From positions 1-64,000 of IMG/VR virus record IMGVR_UViG_3300046820_000495: 64,000 bases of DNA; one strand, given 5' to 3'. The stretch is from a virus. Positions 19,932 through 29,057 of this stretch are shown piece after piece (position 1 is the first letter of the stretch; each line of letters opens with the position of its first letter). A program made the translations under genes and the position numbers. The notes under the pieces are model-generated. The model made no database searches and had not been told where the DNA came from. It saw only the letters and a program-made list of their open reading frames with translations.

Positions 19932-20264
19932 TTATATACCTGGGCTAAAGCTACTTCCGCATCCACACGTGGTCTGCGCCATTGGATTTTCAATTACAAA
20001 TCTAGATCCATTTATGTCATCTTTAAAATCAATAACAGCACCAGTTAGATACTGCATACTCATGGAATCAACTAATACTTTAACATCGTTTTGTTCAAAT
20101 GTAAAGTCATCTTCATTTACTTCTTCGTCAAAAGTAAAACCATATTCCATACCCGAGCAGCCGCCGCCTTGCACAAACACTCTTAAGGCTGTGCCTGTTG
20201 GGATAGAGTCTTCTAGCTTAATAGCTTTAACTCTACCAAATGCGCTATCTGTAATGTTAACCAT
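19932..20264 (-). CDS. erpA: A-type Fe-S cluster carrier (ErpA/IscA family)
   Basis: [17 protein letters not shown] and [12 protein letters not shown]. Confidence 0.9.
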   Translation of the reverse strand: MVNITDSAFGRVKAIKLEDSIPTGTALRVFVQGGGCSGMEYGFTFDEEVNEDDFTFEQNDVKVLVDSMSMQYLTGAVIDFKDDINGSRFVIENPMAQTTCGCGSSFSPGI

Positions 20265-20265
20265 A

Positions 20266-20469
20266 TTATGACCTTATAATAATCTCAATAAGCTCTTCTC
20301 GCTTTTTACGAGTATTAATTGCTATGCCACGCTCTTTTGCATAAACAATCAATTGCTTTTTGGTAAATGTATTTAACTTATCTATGTCGTGCCGGACTTT
20401 TACCACAAGAGGCGGCTTTTCTGTTTCACTTGTGATTTGTTGGTCCAGCCATGATTTAATGTTAGACAT
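20266..20469 (-). CDS. Small protein with Rho-N/HeH-like motif
   Basis: L-FTKKQL-YAKERGI-KKREELI. Confidence 0.5.
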   Translation of the reverse strand: MSNIKSWLDQQITSETEKPPLVVKVRHDIDKLNTFTKKQLIVYAKERGIAINTRKKREELIEIIIRS

Positions 20470-20728
20470 GATTCTCCCCAAAAAATAACTTGGCAAATAA
20501 AGCATCTTCTTTGTTTTCAAACAAAAGCCAGGCTTGACTGTCATTGAATCCCCAGCCTGTCCATTCCTTTGTTAGTTCCATTGCTTTTTCTAAGATCTGT
20601 TGTGGAATGCCTTGTATACTTTCCATGCCTGTTTGATCTACAACTGAAACAGCCCAAGCTTGGTCAGGCTTAGACCCTTCCAAGAAGCTGTATGTTTGAT
20701 ACAAATCTTTAACAAAAATAAATTTCAT
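20462..20728 (-). CDS. Hypothetical protein
   Basis: 88-aa ORF. Confidence 0.55.
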   Translation of the reverse strand: MKFIFVKDLYQTYSFLEGSKPDQAWAVSVVDQTGMESIQGIPQQILEKAMELTKEWTGWGFNDSQAWLLFENKEDALFAKLFFGENHV

Positions 20729-21256
20729 TTAGCCTTCATATGTAGCAGAGTTAGCACCATGTTCAAACACTTCTACACTTTTAACTCTTACAGTTGGATT
20801 AATTGGATATCGCATGTCGCCACTTGCAATTAGCTCTGCCATTTTATCAAACGCCATTTTAGCAAACATTTCGCAACCTACACCTGGTACAATGCGTAGA
20901 TCACAAATACCTTGTCGGCGATATGGTTCTACTTGTACACGTTCTGCGTTATCATCATGCTCTGGATTTGAGCTCCAGCCTGACATTAGTTTAAAACGAT
21001 CTAACATTGGATCATCTTCGGCAACAACCAAAGTGTGATCAAACATGTGATCTGCCCATGCTTTGAACTCTTTGAGACCACCAAAATCCATACACCAGTT
21101 CTTGTCATCTAGTGTGTCGCATTCAAAAATTAGTTTGATGCCAATTGAATAACCATGTAGCGTGGAACAGTGGCTGTGTGTGGCTCTCCACTGCCTGAAA
21201 CAGCAACTCAGACCTCTGTCGTTGCCGTATGTTTTTGTTGAATAAAATTTTGCCAT
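20729..21256 (-). CDS. queD: 6-carboxy-tetrahydropterin synthase / PTPS family (QueD)
   Basis: C-LHGYS, MDFGGLK, FDHT, GCE-FA, V-VFEH-NSA T-fold motifs. Confidence 0.85.
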   Translation of the reverse strand: MAKFYSTKTYGNDRGLSCCFRQWRATHSHCSTLHGYSIGIKLIFECDTLDDKNWCMDFGGLKEFKAWADHMFDHTLVVAEDDPMLDRFKLMSGWSSNPEHDDNAERVQVEPYRRQGICDLRIVPGVGCEMFAKMAFDKMAELIASGDMRYPINPTVRVKSVEVFEHGANSATYEG

Positions 21257-21280
21257 TGTTGTTTTTCCTTTGTTAACAAT

Positions 21281-21325
21281 GGCATGCAGAATTTGTATAG
21301 CGGGATGAATGCCGAAGAGACCGCT
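21281..21325 (-). ncRNA. Candidate preQ1-I-like riboswitch (H-type pseudoknot) in queD leader
   Basis: P1 AGCGG/CCGCU, loop UCUCUUCGGCAUUCAUC, A-rich AUACAAA, then AUGCC able to pair with loop GGCAU; TAAATA at 21331-21336 just upstream. Confidence 0.55.
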
Positions 21326-21344
21326 GTTGATATTTATTAAGTGT

Positions 21345-21929
21345 TTAACGTGTCTGTAACTCGTTAATGCCTAATGCTTTGAAAGAACGTTGGACACCAA
21401 CCAGTTGGCTCCAACAGTCCCATAAGGCATGATGCGCGGCACCTTGTGGACGTTGCAGTCCGGGTACTAATGCATACAATGTGCGAGCATCACGTGCCTG
21501 CCAATAACTCCAAGCTACACCACGCTTGAGTTCTCTGCTAAAGTGTTCGAGGATGTTTAAGTCAAAGCCTGTGCCGTTGGCCCAAATGGCATCAACACCG
21601 CCACACCAACGATGGAAGTCTTGTAGTACATTACGTATGTCATGGCGGTCATCTTCTGCAAATGCTTCTCCACGAACTTCTTCGCTTTGCCGGCCCCACC
21701 ATGCTAGTGTGTCATCATCAATGACATGATCGAGGCCTTCAAAGCTTTCAAAACTTACACGACGATAAAACGTATCCATCTTTTCCATTGGATTGTTTGT
21801 ATCTTCTGCCCAGGGATTGAAACGAATAGCACCAATAGTAAGCATTAAACTGTTTGGTTTAGTGCCAAGTGTTTCCAAGTCAACCATGATATGATTGCCT
21901 GGTTTATAAAAGTTCATTTCATTTGCCAT
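21345..21929 (-). CDS. DEDDh 3'-5' exonuclease (Rv2179c-like)
   Basis: MVDLETLG, WANG-FD, RDART, HHALWD. Confidence 0.85.
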   Translation of the reverse strand: MANEMNFYKPGNHIMVDLETLGTKPNSLMLTIGAIRFNPWAEDTNNPMEKMDTFYRRVSFESFEGLDHVIDDDTLAWWGRQSEEVRGEAFAEDDRHDIRNVLQDFHRWCGGVDAIWANGTGFDLNILEHFSRELKRGVAWSYWQARDARTLYALVPGLQRPQGAAHHALWDCWSQLVGVQRSFKALGINELQTR

Positions 21930-22098
21930 CGGTAACTTCTGCTTTCCTTAAAGACCATGTACCATTGTTATTGTCAGTCCAGCTTAGTGTATCGCCCTCT
22001 GCCCAACCTGCTTCTTTAAGCAAATCTTCTGGCAAAGGCAAAATCAACTCTTCTGGATTGTCGGGATTTTCTTCAACTGTGATAGTCCAAGATTTCAT
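21919..22098 (-). CDS. AbrB/MazE/SpoVT-like DNA-binding protein, 59 aa
   Basis: Manual translation: ELILPLPEDLLKEAGWAEGDTLSW. Confidence 0.7.
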   Translation of the reverse strand: MKSWTITVEENPDNPEELILPLPEDLLKEAGWAEGDTLSWTDNNNGTWSLRKAEVTDGK

Positions 22099-22316
22099 TT
22101 TATTACATTTCCGTTAAAGTCTTTGGTCGCTAGCATATCGGGAACCTTTGCTGCCAAGCGTGTTAATTCGTTTTGACTGGGATGATGTCGCATGATCCAG
22201 CGAGCCCGTTCTCTTACATCACCAGGCACTCTGGGTGTAACTTGCGGAATCAACAAGTCTTCAATTAGTTTTAAACCTTCTACCATGGCGCGGTAGCGTT
22301 CATCAGGCATAGTCAT
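22095..22316 (-). CDS. Hypothetical protein (BPSL0761-like)
   Basis: MTMPDERYRA...TPRVP-VRERA-RHHP pattern. Confidence 0.55.
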   Translation of the reverse strand: MTMPDERYRAMVEGLKLIEDLLIPQVTPRVPGDVRERARWIMRHHPSQNELTRLAAKVPDMLATKDFNGNVIK

Positions 22317-22497
22317 CATTGTCTCCGATCGTTGTAAATTCCGGCACGTCAATCCAGGCAGTCCATATCGTTGTTTTTATAAACGAGTTTGTCTTAGGAT
22401 CAATGCCACTATAGTCAGTGCCATTTTGCATGTTTCTATATTGTAACACACGATTGCTACCTTTTACAAGCCAGCGTAATTCCGTTTTCAAGTCCAT
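22303..22497 (-). CDS. Hypothetical protein
   Basis: LRW...VLQYR...W-DVP small-protein pattern. Confidence 0.55.
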   Translation of the reverse strand: MDLKTELRWLVKGSNRVLQYRNMQNGTDYSGIDPKTNSFIKTTIWTAWIDVPEFTTIGDNDDYA

Positions 22498-23321
22498 AGT
22501 GCATCTTTGATCTTAATAAGACGAATCATCATTGCTTCATCTTCTTTGGCATAGGCCTTTTCGATTCGTTGAAGTTCTTTATGAGCCTTGTTACTTGCTT
22601 TTTTAACAGCAGGGTCTTTTTCAACACCCCAGTTTAACTTGCCACCGTTGGCAACACGACTTGCTTCACAGGCCGCAGTCCAACCACTGGCTTCATATGG
22701 GTCAGGACGATTACGGTATGTAGTGGTCCACCACAAGTACAATTCTTTGATTTCTTTTGCGGCAAGTGCCTGGCTAGTTGGCACTGCTTCGCCTTTCTTA
22801 CCTTCTTCTAGCCATTCTTCGTTGGTCAGCGTCATTGCCCAATCAAGATGGTCGAGCCCAGCGGCCGGACTGCGCCAGGTTCTCCAGCGGAACCATCCTG
22901 TTGCCCAGAATGGGGGGTTGTACTTTGCACGGTCTTCTGAAGATCCCCAAGCGACATGGGACCAAGCGGTTTCAATCTCAACGAAATCAACAAGCTCATT
23001 GAAGAGGCAAGGTAAAAAGCGATTACCAACGTCACACCAGTTTCCGGGCTTAATATCCCGGGCATGAGCAGTAAGAGCATGGCTACGAGTAACATAGCGA
23101 TTATTAATATAGTACTTAAGATCATAAAGCTTATCTGTAGGGTAGTAGACAATTGTCTGAAGGATGTCTAAGCCTTCTTCTGCCAACCAGTAGCGAAAGT
23201 TGTGTTTCATTTGGGCTTGAGTAGTCCACTCATCCCATTCTTCAGCTGTACCGGCACTGAGTTTTTCAGTGCCGCGAATCCAATCAGCAAATTTGCTACA
23301 TGTCCAGTAATGACTTCTCAT
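22488..23321 (-). CDS. Trp-rich hypothetical protein
   Basis: 277-aa ORF. Confidence 0.7.
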   Translation of the reverse strand: MRSHYWTCSKFADWIRGTEKLSAGTAEEWDEWTTQAQMKHNFRYWLAEEGLDILQTIVYYPTDKLYDLKYYINNRYVTRSHALTAHARDIKPGNWCDVGNRFLPCLFNELVDFVEIETAWSHVAWGSSEDRAKYNPPFWATGWFRWRTWRSPAAGLDHLDWAMTLTNEEWLEEGKKGEAVPTSQALAAKEIKELYLWWTTTYRNRPDPYEASGWTAACEASRVANGGKLNWGVEKDPAVKKASNKAHKELQRIEKAYAKEDEAMMIRLIKIKDALWT

Positions 23322-23464
23322 TCTTTAACTCCAGTTAATGGTTTGTCGGGTCTGTTAATACAGTACTCGCAGGCAGGATCATTGCACTTGTCTTCTACCC
23401 ACTCGTTAGTTTTGGCATTGTAATAAGTGTCATACTCTTCAGAATACACAATGTCTTCGTTCAT
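23318..23464 (-). CDS. Small Cys-rich protein, 48 aa
   Basis: Manual translation ...EWVEDKCNDPACEYCINRP; overlapping start/stop at both ends. Confidence 0.55.
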   Translation of the reverse strand: MNEDIVYSEEYDTYYNAKTNEWVEDKCNDPACEYCINRPDKPLTGVKE

Positions 23465-23916
23465 TCTTCTACCTTGTTAATTGTAACACCTGCTTGCTTT
23501 AAAAAAGCAATGCCTGCTTCGCTTCTGTAATTATCACGATAAAACACTTGTTTAATACCACTTTGGTATATCAACTTAGCGCACTCGATACATGGTGCAT
23601 GGGTAACAAAGATTACTGCATTTTCAGATGACTCTGGGCTACGTGCTACCTTCGCAATAGCATTTGCCTCTGCATGAATAACTTCGGGTTTGGTTTTGAG
23701 TTCTTTTATCTCTCGCTGTGGTACTCCGTCAACTATGGCAACAACAACTTCTTCTTCACAGTTGTTGTCCCAACCTGCAGGCATACCATTGTAACCAATG
23801 CTGATAATTCTGTCATCTTTGACCACAATAGCACCTACTTGAAGTCGTCGTGCTGTACTAAGACGGGCATACGTGCCAGCTACTTCCATATGTGCTTTGA
23901 TATATTTTGGTTTCAT
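23461..23916 (-). CDS. dCMP deaminase
   Basis: VGA-IV, GYNG, HAEANA, PCIECAK. Confidence 0.9.
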   Translation of the reverse strand: MKPKYIKAHMEVAGTYARLSTARRLQVGAIVVKDDRIISIGYNGMPAGWDNNCEEEVVVAIVDGVPQREIKELKTKPEVIHAEANAIAKVARSPESSENAVIFVTHAPCIECAKLIYQSGIKQVFYRDNYRSEAGIAFLKQAGVTINKVEE

Positions 23917-23922
23917 ACCATA

Positions 23923-23951
23923 AGTATAACACTATTGTAAAGGAAAGTCAA
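23923..23951 (-). promoter_or_regulatory. sigma70-type promoter
   Basis: TTGACT-17-TATACT, 6 nt from ATG. Confidence 0.7.
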
Positions 23952-24541
23952 TGGAAATAGTTTTTATTCACGGAGCCAATGCATCCAATGTGTCCTGGAA
24001 CTGGGCCGGTTCTCAGATTAAAAATCATACCAGACTCCCCTGGGGTATGATGACTGATCCAGACGATAACTTAACAGATATGGAACTTGCCTTGCCTGAA
24101 AGGTGCATTGTAGTTGGTCATAGTATGGGTGGTCTTTATGCTTGGCATTTGGCAAACCGAAACCCAGGTAAAGTAGTAGCAGGTATTAGTATTGCTACTC
24201 CATGGGGAGGTTCAATGCAAGCTAGCCTTTGGAAGATGGTCAATGTAAACATACCCTGGCTTAGAATGATAAGCAGAATGGAACCATGGACTGCTGAAAC
24301 AAGATTGCTAGAAGCACCTGTGCCCTGGACTAATGTTGTATGTACACACGGATTTGACTTATTTGGAGTTGGTCCAAACGATGGTGTTGTCACTGTACAA
24401 AGCCAACGTGAATTATTTGGACCTGCAAAAGAAATAACTCTGGACTATGGGCACAATACTGTGCTTCAAAGTACAGAGTTAGTGGACATCGTACAGACTG
24501 TTAGTCGTCGTTCTTCGCGCCAAACAGTTGCAGTAAGTTAA
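23951..24541 (+). CDS. Alpha/beta hydrolase (lipase/esterase-like)
   Basis: FIHG, GHSMGG, TPWGG, NDGVV, H. Confidence 0.85.
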   Translation: MEIVFIHGANASNVSWNWAGSQIKNHTRLPWGMMTDPDDNLTDMELALPERCIVVGHSMGGLYAWHLANRNPGKVVAGISIATPWGGSMQASLWKMVNVNIPWLRMISRMEPWTAETRLLEAPVPWTNVVCTHGFDLFGVGPNDGVVTVQSQRELFGPAKEITLDYGHNTVLQSTELVDIVQTVSRRSSRQTVAVS

Positions 24542-25199
24542 TAAAAATATTGATAAAGTCCATGTAGAGTGTTAGTGCTCCGCGGATTTCTGCAATACCA
24601 TCTGTTTCTAAGCTAACCTCTTCTCGGATTTGTTGCGTATCATAAGCAGTCAATCCAAGGAAGATGATAATGGCCAAGGCACTGATAACCATTTGCAATA
24701 CGCTACTGCCAATAAAGAGGTTAACAATACTGGCAATAATGATAGCAATTAACCCAACAAACATAAACTTGCCAACGCTGTCTAAACTACGTTTGGTAAA
24801 GTAGCCATAACCACTCATAACACCAAACAAAATTGCCGCACCCATAAAGGCACTAACAATACTACCCATGGTAAAGATAGCAAAGATTGTGGCAAAGCTC
24901 AATCCCATAAGTGCCGCGAATCCATGTAAGCATAACTGAGCAGTACTCTTAGTAGGACTTGCATTTAACACAAAGGTGACACCAAAGATGGCAACCAAGG
25001 GTGCAAAAATTACAATCCATTTCATTACACCTGTAAAAAAGAATTGTAGCAACTCTGGGCTAGTGCCAACAAAGTAACTGACAATCATTGATACAACGAC
25101 TGCAAGGCTCATGTGTCCGTAAACACGACCCATAGCAGAGTTAATTTCCTCTGCTGAACGATAAGGCAATTCGTTGCCTGTATAAGTTGTTCCAAACAT
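24501..25199 (-). CDS. Bax inhibitor-1 / YccA-family membrane protein
   Basis: Seven hydrophobic helices, AYDTQ-I, ALTLYMDFINIF. Confidence 0.9.
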   Translation of the reverse strand: MFGTTYTGNELPYRSAEEINSAMGRVYGHMSLAVVVSMIVSYFVGTSPELLQFFFTGVMKWIVIFAPLVAIFGVTFVLNASPTKSTAQLCLHGFAALMGLSFATIFAIFTMGSIVSAFMGAAILFGVMSGYGYFTKRSLDSVGKFMFVGLIAIIIASIVNLFIGSSVLQMVISALAIIIFLGLTAYDTQQIREEVSLETDGIAEIRGALTLYMDFINIFINLLQLFGAKNDD

Positions 25200-25202
25200 A
25201 AT

Positions 25203-25406
25203 TTACTCCTTAAAATATTTTTCAATCACTTCCAACTTGTCCATATATTCAGCAATCTGAGCTACTTCTTTTTCAATAGCTTCCATAATGTCCGAATGTT
25301 CAGGAATAGCAGTAGGATTTGCCAACATGACTTCTACATTGATACGATGTTTTTCAATATGCGCCTGATAGTGCAGTTTACTAGCTGTGATCAATTTTTG
25401 TCTCAT
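25203..25406 (-). CDS. Hypothetical protein
   Basis: 67 aa, NP-I-EH-DI motif, SD GGAG. Confidence 0.6.
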   Translation of the reverse strand: MRQKLITASKLHYQAHIEKHRINVEVMLANPTAIPEHSDIMEAIEKEVAQIAEYMDKLEVIEKYFKE

Positions 25407-25416
25407 TATTCACTCC

Positions 25417-25749
25417 TTAAATAATAACCGATTTCTCTCTTGTATATTTAAACAAATTACTGCCTTTCTCTCGCACCAAATCTGCTACTACTTGTGGTGA
25501 GCTTTCCCACATACTACGCATTTCTTCGTAGTCATAGTCCTCTGCTGTATCATACGCCCACACTTCGGGAAAACGTTGATGATTGACCCTGGCTCGCATA
25601 ATCATCATGTTAACACGTTGGCCGCCATGGTCTCTTGGTTTCTTGCCCGACAGTACAGCCAGCATGTCATCGCCTTTAAGGTCATCCCACGGAATGAGTG
25701 TATCAACACCAAGTGTGTCAAATAGTACTATCCATTGTTTAGCCATCAT
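25417..25749 (-). CDS. Hypothetical protein
   Basis: ORF with SD GGAG; start trimmed. Confidence 0.55.
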   Translation of the reverse strand: MMAKQWIVLFDTLGVDTLIPWDDLKGDDMLAVLSGKKPRDHGGQRVNMMIMRARVNHQRFPEVWAYDTAEDYDYEEMRSMWESSPQVVADLVREKGSNLFKYTREKSVII

Positions 25750-25933
25750 TCTCTCCTGTTTCAAGAACCCAAAGTGCATGTTTCATGTTGTCAAAGTTTG
25801 ATACACACGCTCTAAGAAGTGTTTGGCCGCTGTGTTCATCATACACACTGACCATTGGAATGTCATCTGCTCCTTTGATCAACAGCAACTGACGTGAATC
25901 ATAACTGGCAATTTGAGCAACATTATAAAACAT
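25739..25933 (-). CDS. Hypothetical protein
   Basis: SD GAGGAG before ATG at 25933. Confidence 0.5.
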   Translation of the reverse strand: MFYNVAQIASYDSRQLLLIKGADDIPMVSVYDEHSGQTLLRACVSNFDNMKHALWVLETGENDG

Positions 25934-26228
25934 TTGCAGTCTCCTCTTTAGGTTCAACAATAACACCACGACGGTCCGGATAGCGTTTGCCAAAGTTGGC
26001 ATTTAAATCATCCATGTCTGTGCCTTGGCAAATAAACTCTTCGCTCATTGCATTGTAAGCAAAGACCTTATTGTCATGTTTTTCTATTCGCATAAACATA
26101 ATCTTGTCCATGACCAAGCGAATATCTTTTTCCATCTCTTTAATTTCACGATGCAGTCTTCGAGAATACAACCATACTCCCACAACAAGAACCATACAAA
26201 GTAAAAACCAAACTTCAAGACTTTCCAT
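25923..26228 (-). CDS. Membrane-anchored hypothetical protein
   Basis: N-terminal TM helix. Confidence 0.55.
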   Translation of the reverse strand: MESLEVWFLLCMVLVVGVWLYSRRLHREIKEMEKDIRLVMDKIMFMRIEKHDNKVFAYNAMSEEFICQGTDMDDLNANFGKRYPDRRGVIVEPKEETANVL

Positions 26229-26527
26229 TATACAGCCCGTACACTGATAACATTGTCAACACGGAAGCTACGCCACTCTTGTTTGTCTGTGCAGAACACA
26301 CTCATGACTTCCGGCTTGGGTTCCTTCTTTTTCTTGCCGTCGGTAACTACTGCCTGTGGCAACAAATCGGGGTGTAGGGTGCAAGGCATTGTACGAACAG
26401 AGCCATCTACCTTGGTGAACTCCACAACCAACTCCTTATGATGCTTGAAGAAGTCGCTGAGAATGTTTCGGCGTTCTGTAAGATCAAAGATCTCTGTACT
26501 AAACACCACTTCAATTTCGTCTGTCAT
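26228..26527 (-). CDS. WYL_2 / SH3-like beta-barrel protein
   Basis: VEFTKVDGSVRTM-CTL...WRSFR-D-V. Confidence 0.75.
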   Translation of the reverse strand: MTDEIEVVFSTEIFDLTERRNILSDFFKHHKELVVEFTKVDGSVRTMPCTLHPDLLPQAVVTDGKKKKEPKPEVMSVFCTDKQEWRSFRVDNVISVRAV

Positions 26528-26847
26528 TTCTGTTCCTTTACAATATTATATAACACATCAAATTCTTTTTTGGCTTCGGCTAGGTTTGGGTATTGTTTGC
26601 AAAGCTCTTTGATGGCTTCTTCCTCTGCCCTCATCTTTTCAAACCAAACAATCATCTCTCTTAGCTTGGGACCAACATTGATATTGGCCGTGCCTTGTGG
26701 CATTGATTGTGCATTGCCATTTATATCAACAACCTTGTACTGCCTGGTGTCGGCGTACCAATAAACTGCTCCACTGGTGTAAGCACCATTGTTAAAGGAG
26801 GATACTTCAAGTACGCCTGGATCAGAGCTTATAATGTAATCAATCAT
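26524..26847 (-). CDS. Hypothetical protein
   Basis: 107-aa ORF directly after a promoter. Confidence 0.6.
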   Translation of the reverse strand: MIDYIISSDPGVLEVSSFNNGAYTSGAVYWYADTRQYKVVDINGNAQSMPQGTANINVGPKLREMIVWFEKMRAEEEAIKELCKQYPNLAEAKKEFDVLYNIVKEQK

Positions 26848-26852
26848 AGCTT

Positions 26853-26881
26853 ATTATACACTAGTTTGTTTAGATTTTCAA
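26853..26881 (-). promoter_or_regulatory. sigma70-type promoter
   Basis: TTGAAA-17-TATAAT, 5 nt from ATG. Confidence 0.65.
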
Positions 26882-27427
26882 GTGTTTAAAATACTCAAAA
26901 TGCTTTTCAAGTGTCCATGTTTCAGGATCAACTGGCGTACCATCGTGAGTTTGGTAACTTGCTGTAAACACATTCGAGTACCGTTTGAATGGCAACCACA
27001 TGTCTGGGGTATGGCTAGCCCAACCTGCATCTTTGAGGGCCATGTGTTTGGCTCGGCTCAACTTTACTGTAGGAACATTCAGTGCTTGTTCTACTGTAAT
27101 GGCACCGGCCAACAACAAGTCTCGAACTCGTGCGGCCGGAATCAAATGCTCAAAGTCTGTGTCGGCATCAGCGCCAATCTCAATATAGTGTGCATCCATG
27201 CCATCACGTTCTTCAATGCAGTACTTGTGATACCTACGCAGATAGTAATCCATGTCGTTACGTATTTCACGAAGCTTCTGTTGGTCATTGCGAGTTGTAA
27301 TGTATTCGTCCTTGAGCTTGGCCAAATGCTGTTCACAATGCTCTGCTACTGTTTTATAGGTAGCAGGGCTTCGCTTGGTCTTGCCATACACAGGCGCTGT
27401 AAAGTTTTCTAGTAGTTCTTTTAACAT
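26870..27427 (-). CDS. Putative His-Me (HNH-like) nuclease
   Basis: DFEHLIP...N-P-V-L...H motif resembling EH-x-P HNH domains. Confidence 0.45.
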   Translation of the reverse strand: MLKELLENFTAPVYGKTKRSPATYKTVAEHCEQHLAKLKDEYITTRNDQQKLREIRNDMDYYLRRYHKYCIEERDGMDAHYIEIGADADTDFEHLIPAARVRDLLLAGAITVEQALNVPTVKLSRAKHMALKDAGWASHTPDMWLPFKRYSNVFTASYQTHDGTPVDPETWTLEKHFEYFKHLKI

Positions 27428-27927
27428 TATTCAAACAACTCATTTATAATAGCAGAATTTTGTTTGGCCTGGACTTTACGTTTGGTTGACTTTTCGTTGT
27501 TGCCAACTGGAGCATGACCAGATAGTTCAATGTGATTGCCAATAAGTTGCGATTCTATGCGTTCACACTTTGCTCGCATCTCAGACTGAGAAAGACTATT
27601 GTCAGTTTGGTCCCAAGCCAAAACAGAAACATTCATGCGAGTCAACGGCACACCGTATAACTTTTCATAGTCCTCGGCAACTTTTTGCATTGTCATACCA
27701 CTAGAACTGTAAGGCATTGGTTTACCCCATCCATTTAGATTTGCCGCTTGTCTGTAAACTCTTTCGCCGGGTAGATGACCAGGAGACCATTGGATTCCAT
27801 ATTTGATTACACGACCGTAATTATCAACAAACGCATAATTGTAAGTTTGTATGTTGCTTACCTTAAAACTTTTAAGAAGCTGTGCTGGGTCATATAACTC
27901 CCAAAGATCAATTTTAATATATTTCAT
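27427..27927 (-). CDS. Putative GIY-YIG-like nuclease
   Basis: YNY-F...IKYG...GER-R...IES-LI...PVGN pattern. Confidence 0.45.
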   Translation of the reverse strand: MKYIKIDLWELYDPAQLLKSFKVSNIQTYNYAFVDNYGRVIKYGIQWSPGHLPGERVYRQAANLNGWGKPMPYSSSGMTMQKVAEDYEKLYGVPLTRMNVSVLAWDQTDNSLSQSEMRAKCERIESQLIGNHIELSGHAPVGNNEKSTKRKVQAKQNSAIINELFE

Positions 27928-28970
27928 TTTGTTTCCTCCGGAATCAATCCATCAGCAATATTGCCTTCTTCGATACCAATTTTAGAACCTGCGCCATGAT
28001 ACGGCAAGTTAAGTTTACCACCATTGCAAATGTGCATCTCCCTTAGGAAGTTGCTCATTGCTTCTGGGGCACTCCAACTAGCACCCGGACGAACATGTGC
28101 CCATTGTACCTTGGCTTTAGAATGTACAAGGCCAGCACTCTTAAAAGTTTTCTTAACACTTTCAAGTAATGTCCTCATCCAACCGTTTGGTAAACTTGCA
28201 GCCTCTGCTTTAGAAAGCTTGTGCAATTCCAGTAGCCCAATGTAAACACCTTGGTCGATTTCTTCACCAATGGGAAATACTTCTTTAATTGTAGTGAGTA
28301 TCTCTAACAGTACTTTGCCCTTCTCGTCCACCTCAATGCCTTTTTGTGCATATTTAAAGTGACTAAAGAAATAATCATTTTCACCACGTAGATTGTCGCT
28401 ATTGCGACTACCTTTGTCTTGCAAGTCAACACCTGCTGTGTCAAACTGGTCTTGCATGGTCTTTGCGGCAACAACCTTTTTGTCACGGCTACCATTCTTA
28501 TAACGCACCAATGCATTACGATGCAAGTCCCCGGGAGTCAGACGCTTAACACCTGTATCGTTTAACAATTCAAACGCATAGCTGGCAAAGTTTGGATCTG
28601 TAGTGTCAACAATAGCACAAGGCACTTGCGTATAGCCAAGCAATGCGGCTGAAAGTGTGCGGTGTTGTGCATCATACAAATAAATCTTGCCGTTAATGCG
28701 GCAAGCAGAGCCTGGGCTACAAACTCGTGGGTCCCATTTCTTCATAATGTTCATAACGTGCTTGTGAATAACATCACGTTGTACCTCATAGTCAATCCAT
28801 AGATCTTCAATTTCGACCATGGTGCTATGTGGGAATGAATGGACTAGAGCTTTAGCACGGGCTCGCCATGCTTCCAAGTCCTTATCGGTAACTTCGTAGT
28901 GCGCTTTAAGTTGACGTTCAACTTCGGATACGACGTCGGTGAACTTACGGGTGAGTCGTTTGACTGCCAT
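27924..28970 (-). CDS. ParB/Srx-fold protein with DGQHR-like motif
   Basis: IDYEVQRD and LYDAQHRT motifs; SD AAGGAG before ATG at 28970. Confidence 0.65.
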   Translation of the reverse strand: MAVKRLTRKFTDVVSEVERQLKAHYEVTDKDLEAWRARAKALVHSFPHSTMVEIEDLWIDYEVQRDVIHKHVMNIMKKWDPRVCSPGSACRINGKIYLYDAQHRTLSAALLGYTQVPCAIVDTTDPNFASYAFELLNDTGVKRLTPGDLHRNALVRYKNGSRDKKVVAAKTMQDQFDTAGVDLQDKGSRNSDNLRGENDYFFSHFKYAQKGIEVDEKGKVLLEILTTIKEVFPIGEEIDQGVYIGLLELHKLSKAEAASLPNGWMRTLLESVKKTFKSAGLVHSKAKVQWAHVRPGASWSAPEAMSNFLREMHICNGGKLNLPYHGAGSKIGIEEGNIADGLIPEETK

Positions 28971-29020
28971 TTCTTTCTCTCCTTCTTTACCCGACACAAT
29001 GCGGGATTGGTAAAGTATAT

Positions 29021-29049
29021 ATTTTACAAGTTTATAAGGTACCTGTCAA
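29021..29049 (-). promoter_or_regulatory. sigma70-type promoter of the three-gene nuclease-like cassette
   Basis: TTGACA-17-TAAAAT. Confidence 0.75.
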
Positions 29050-29057
29050 CCTTAGAA

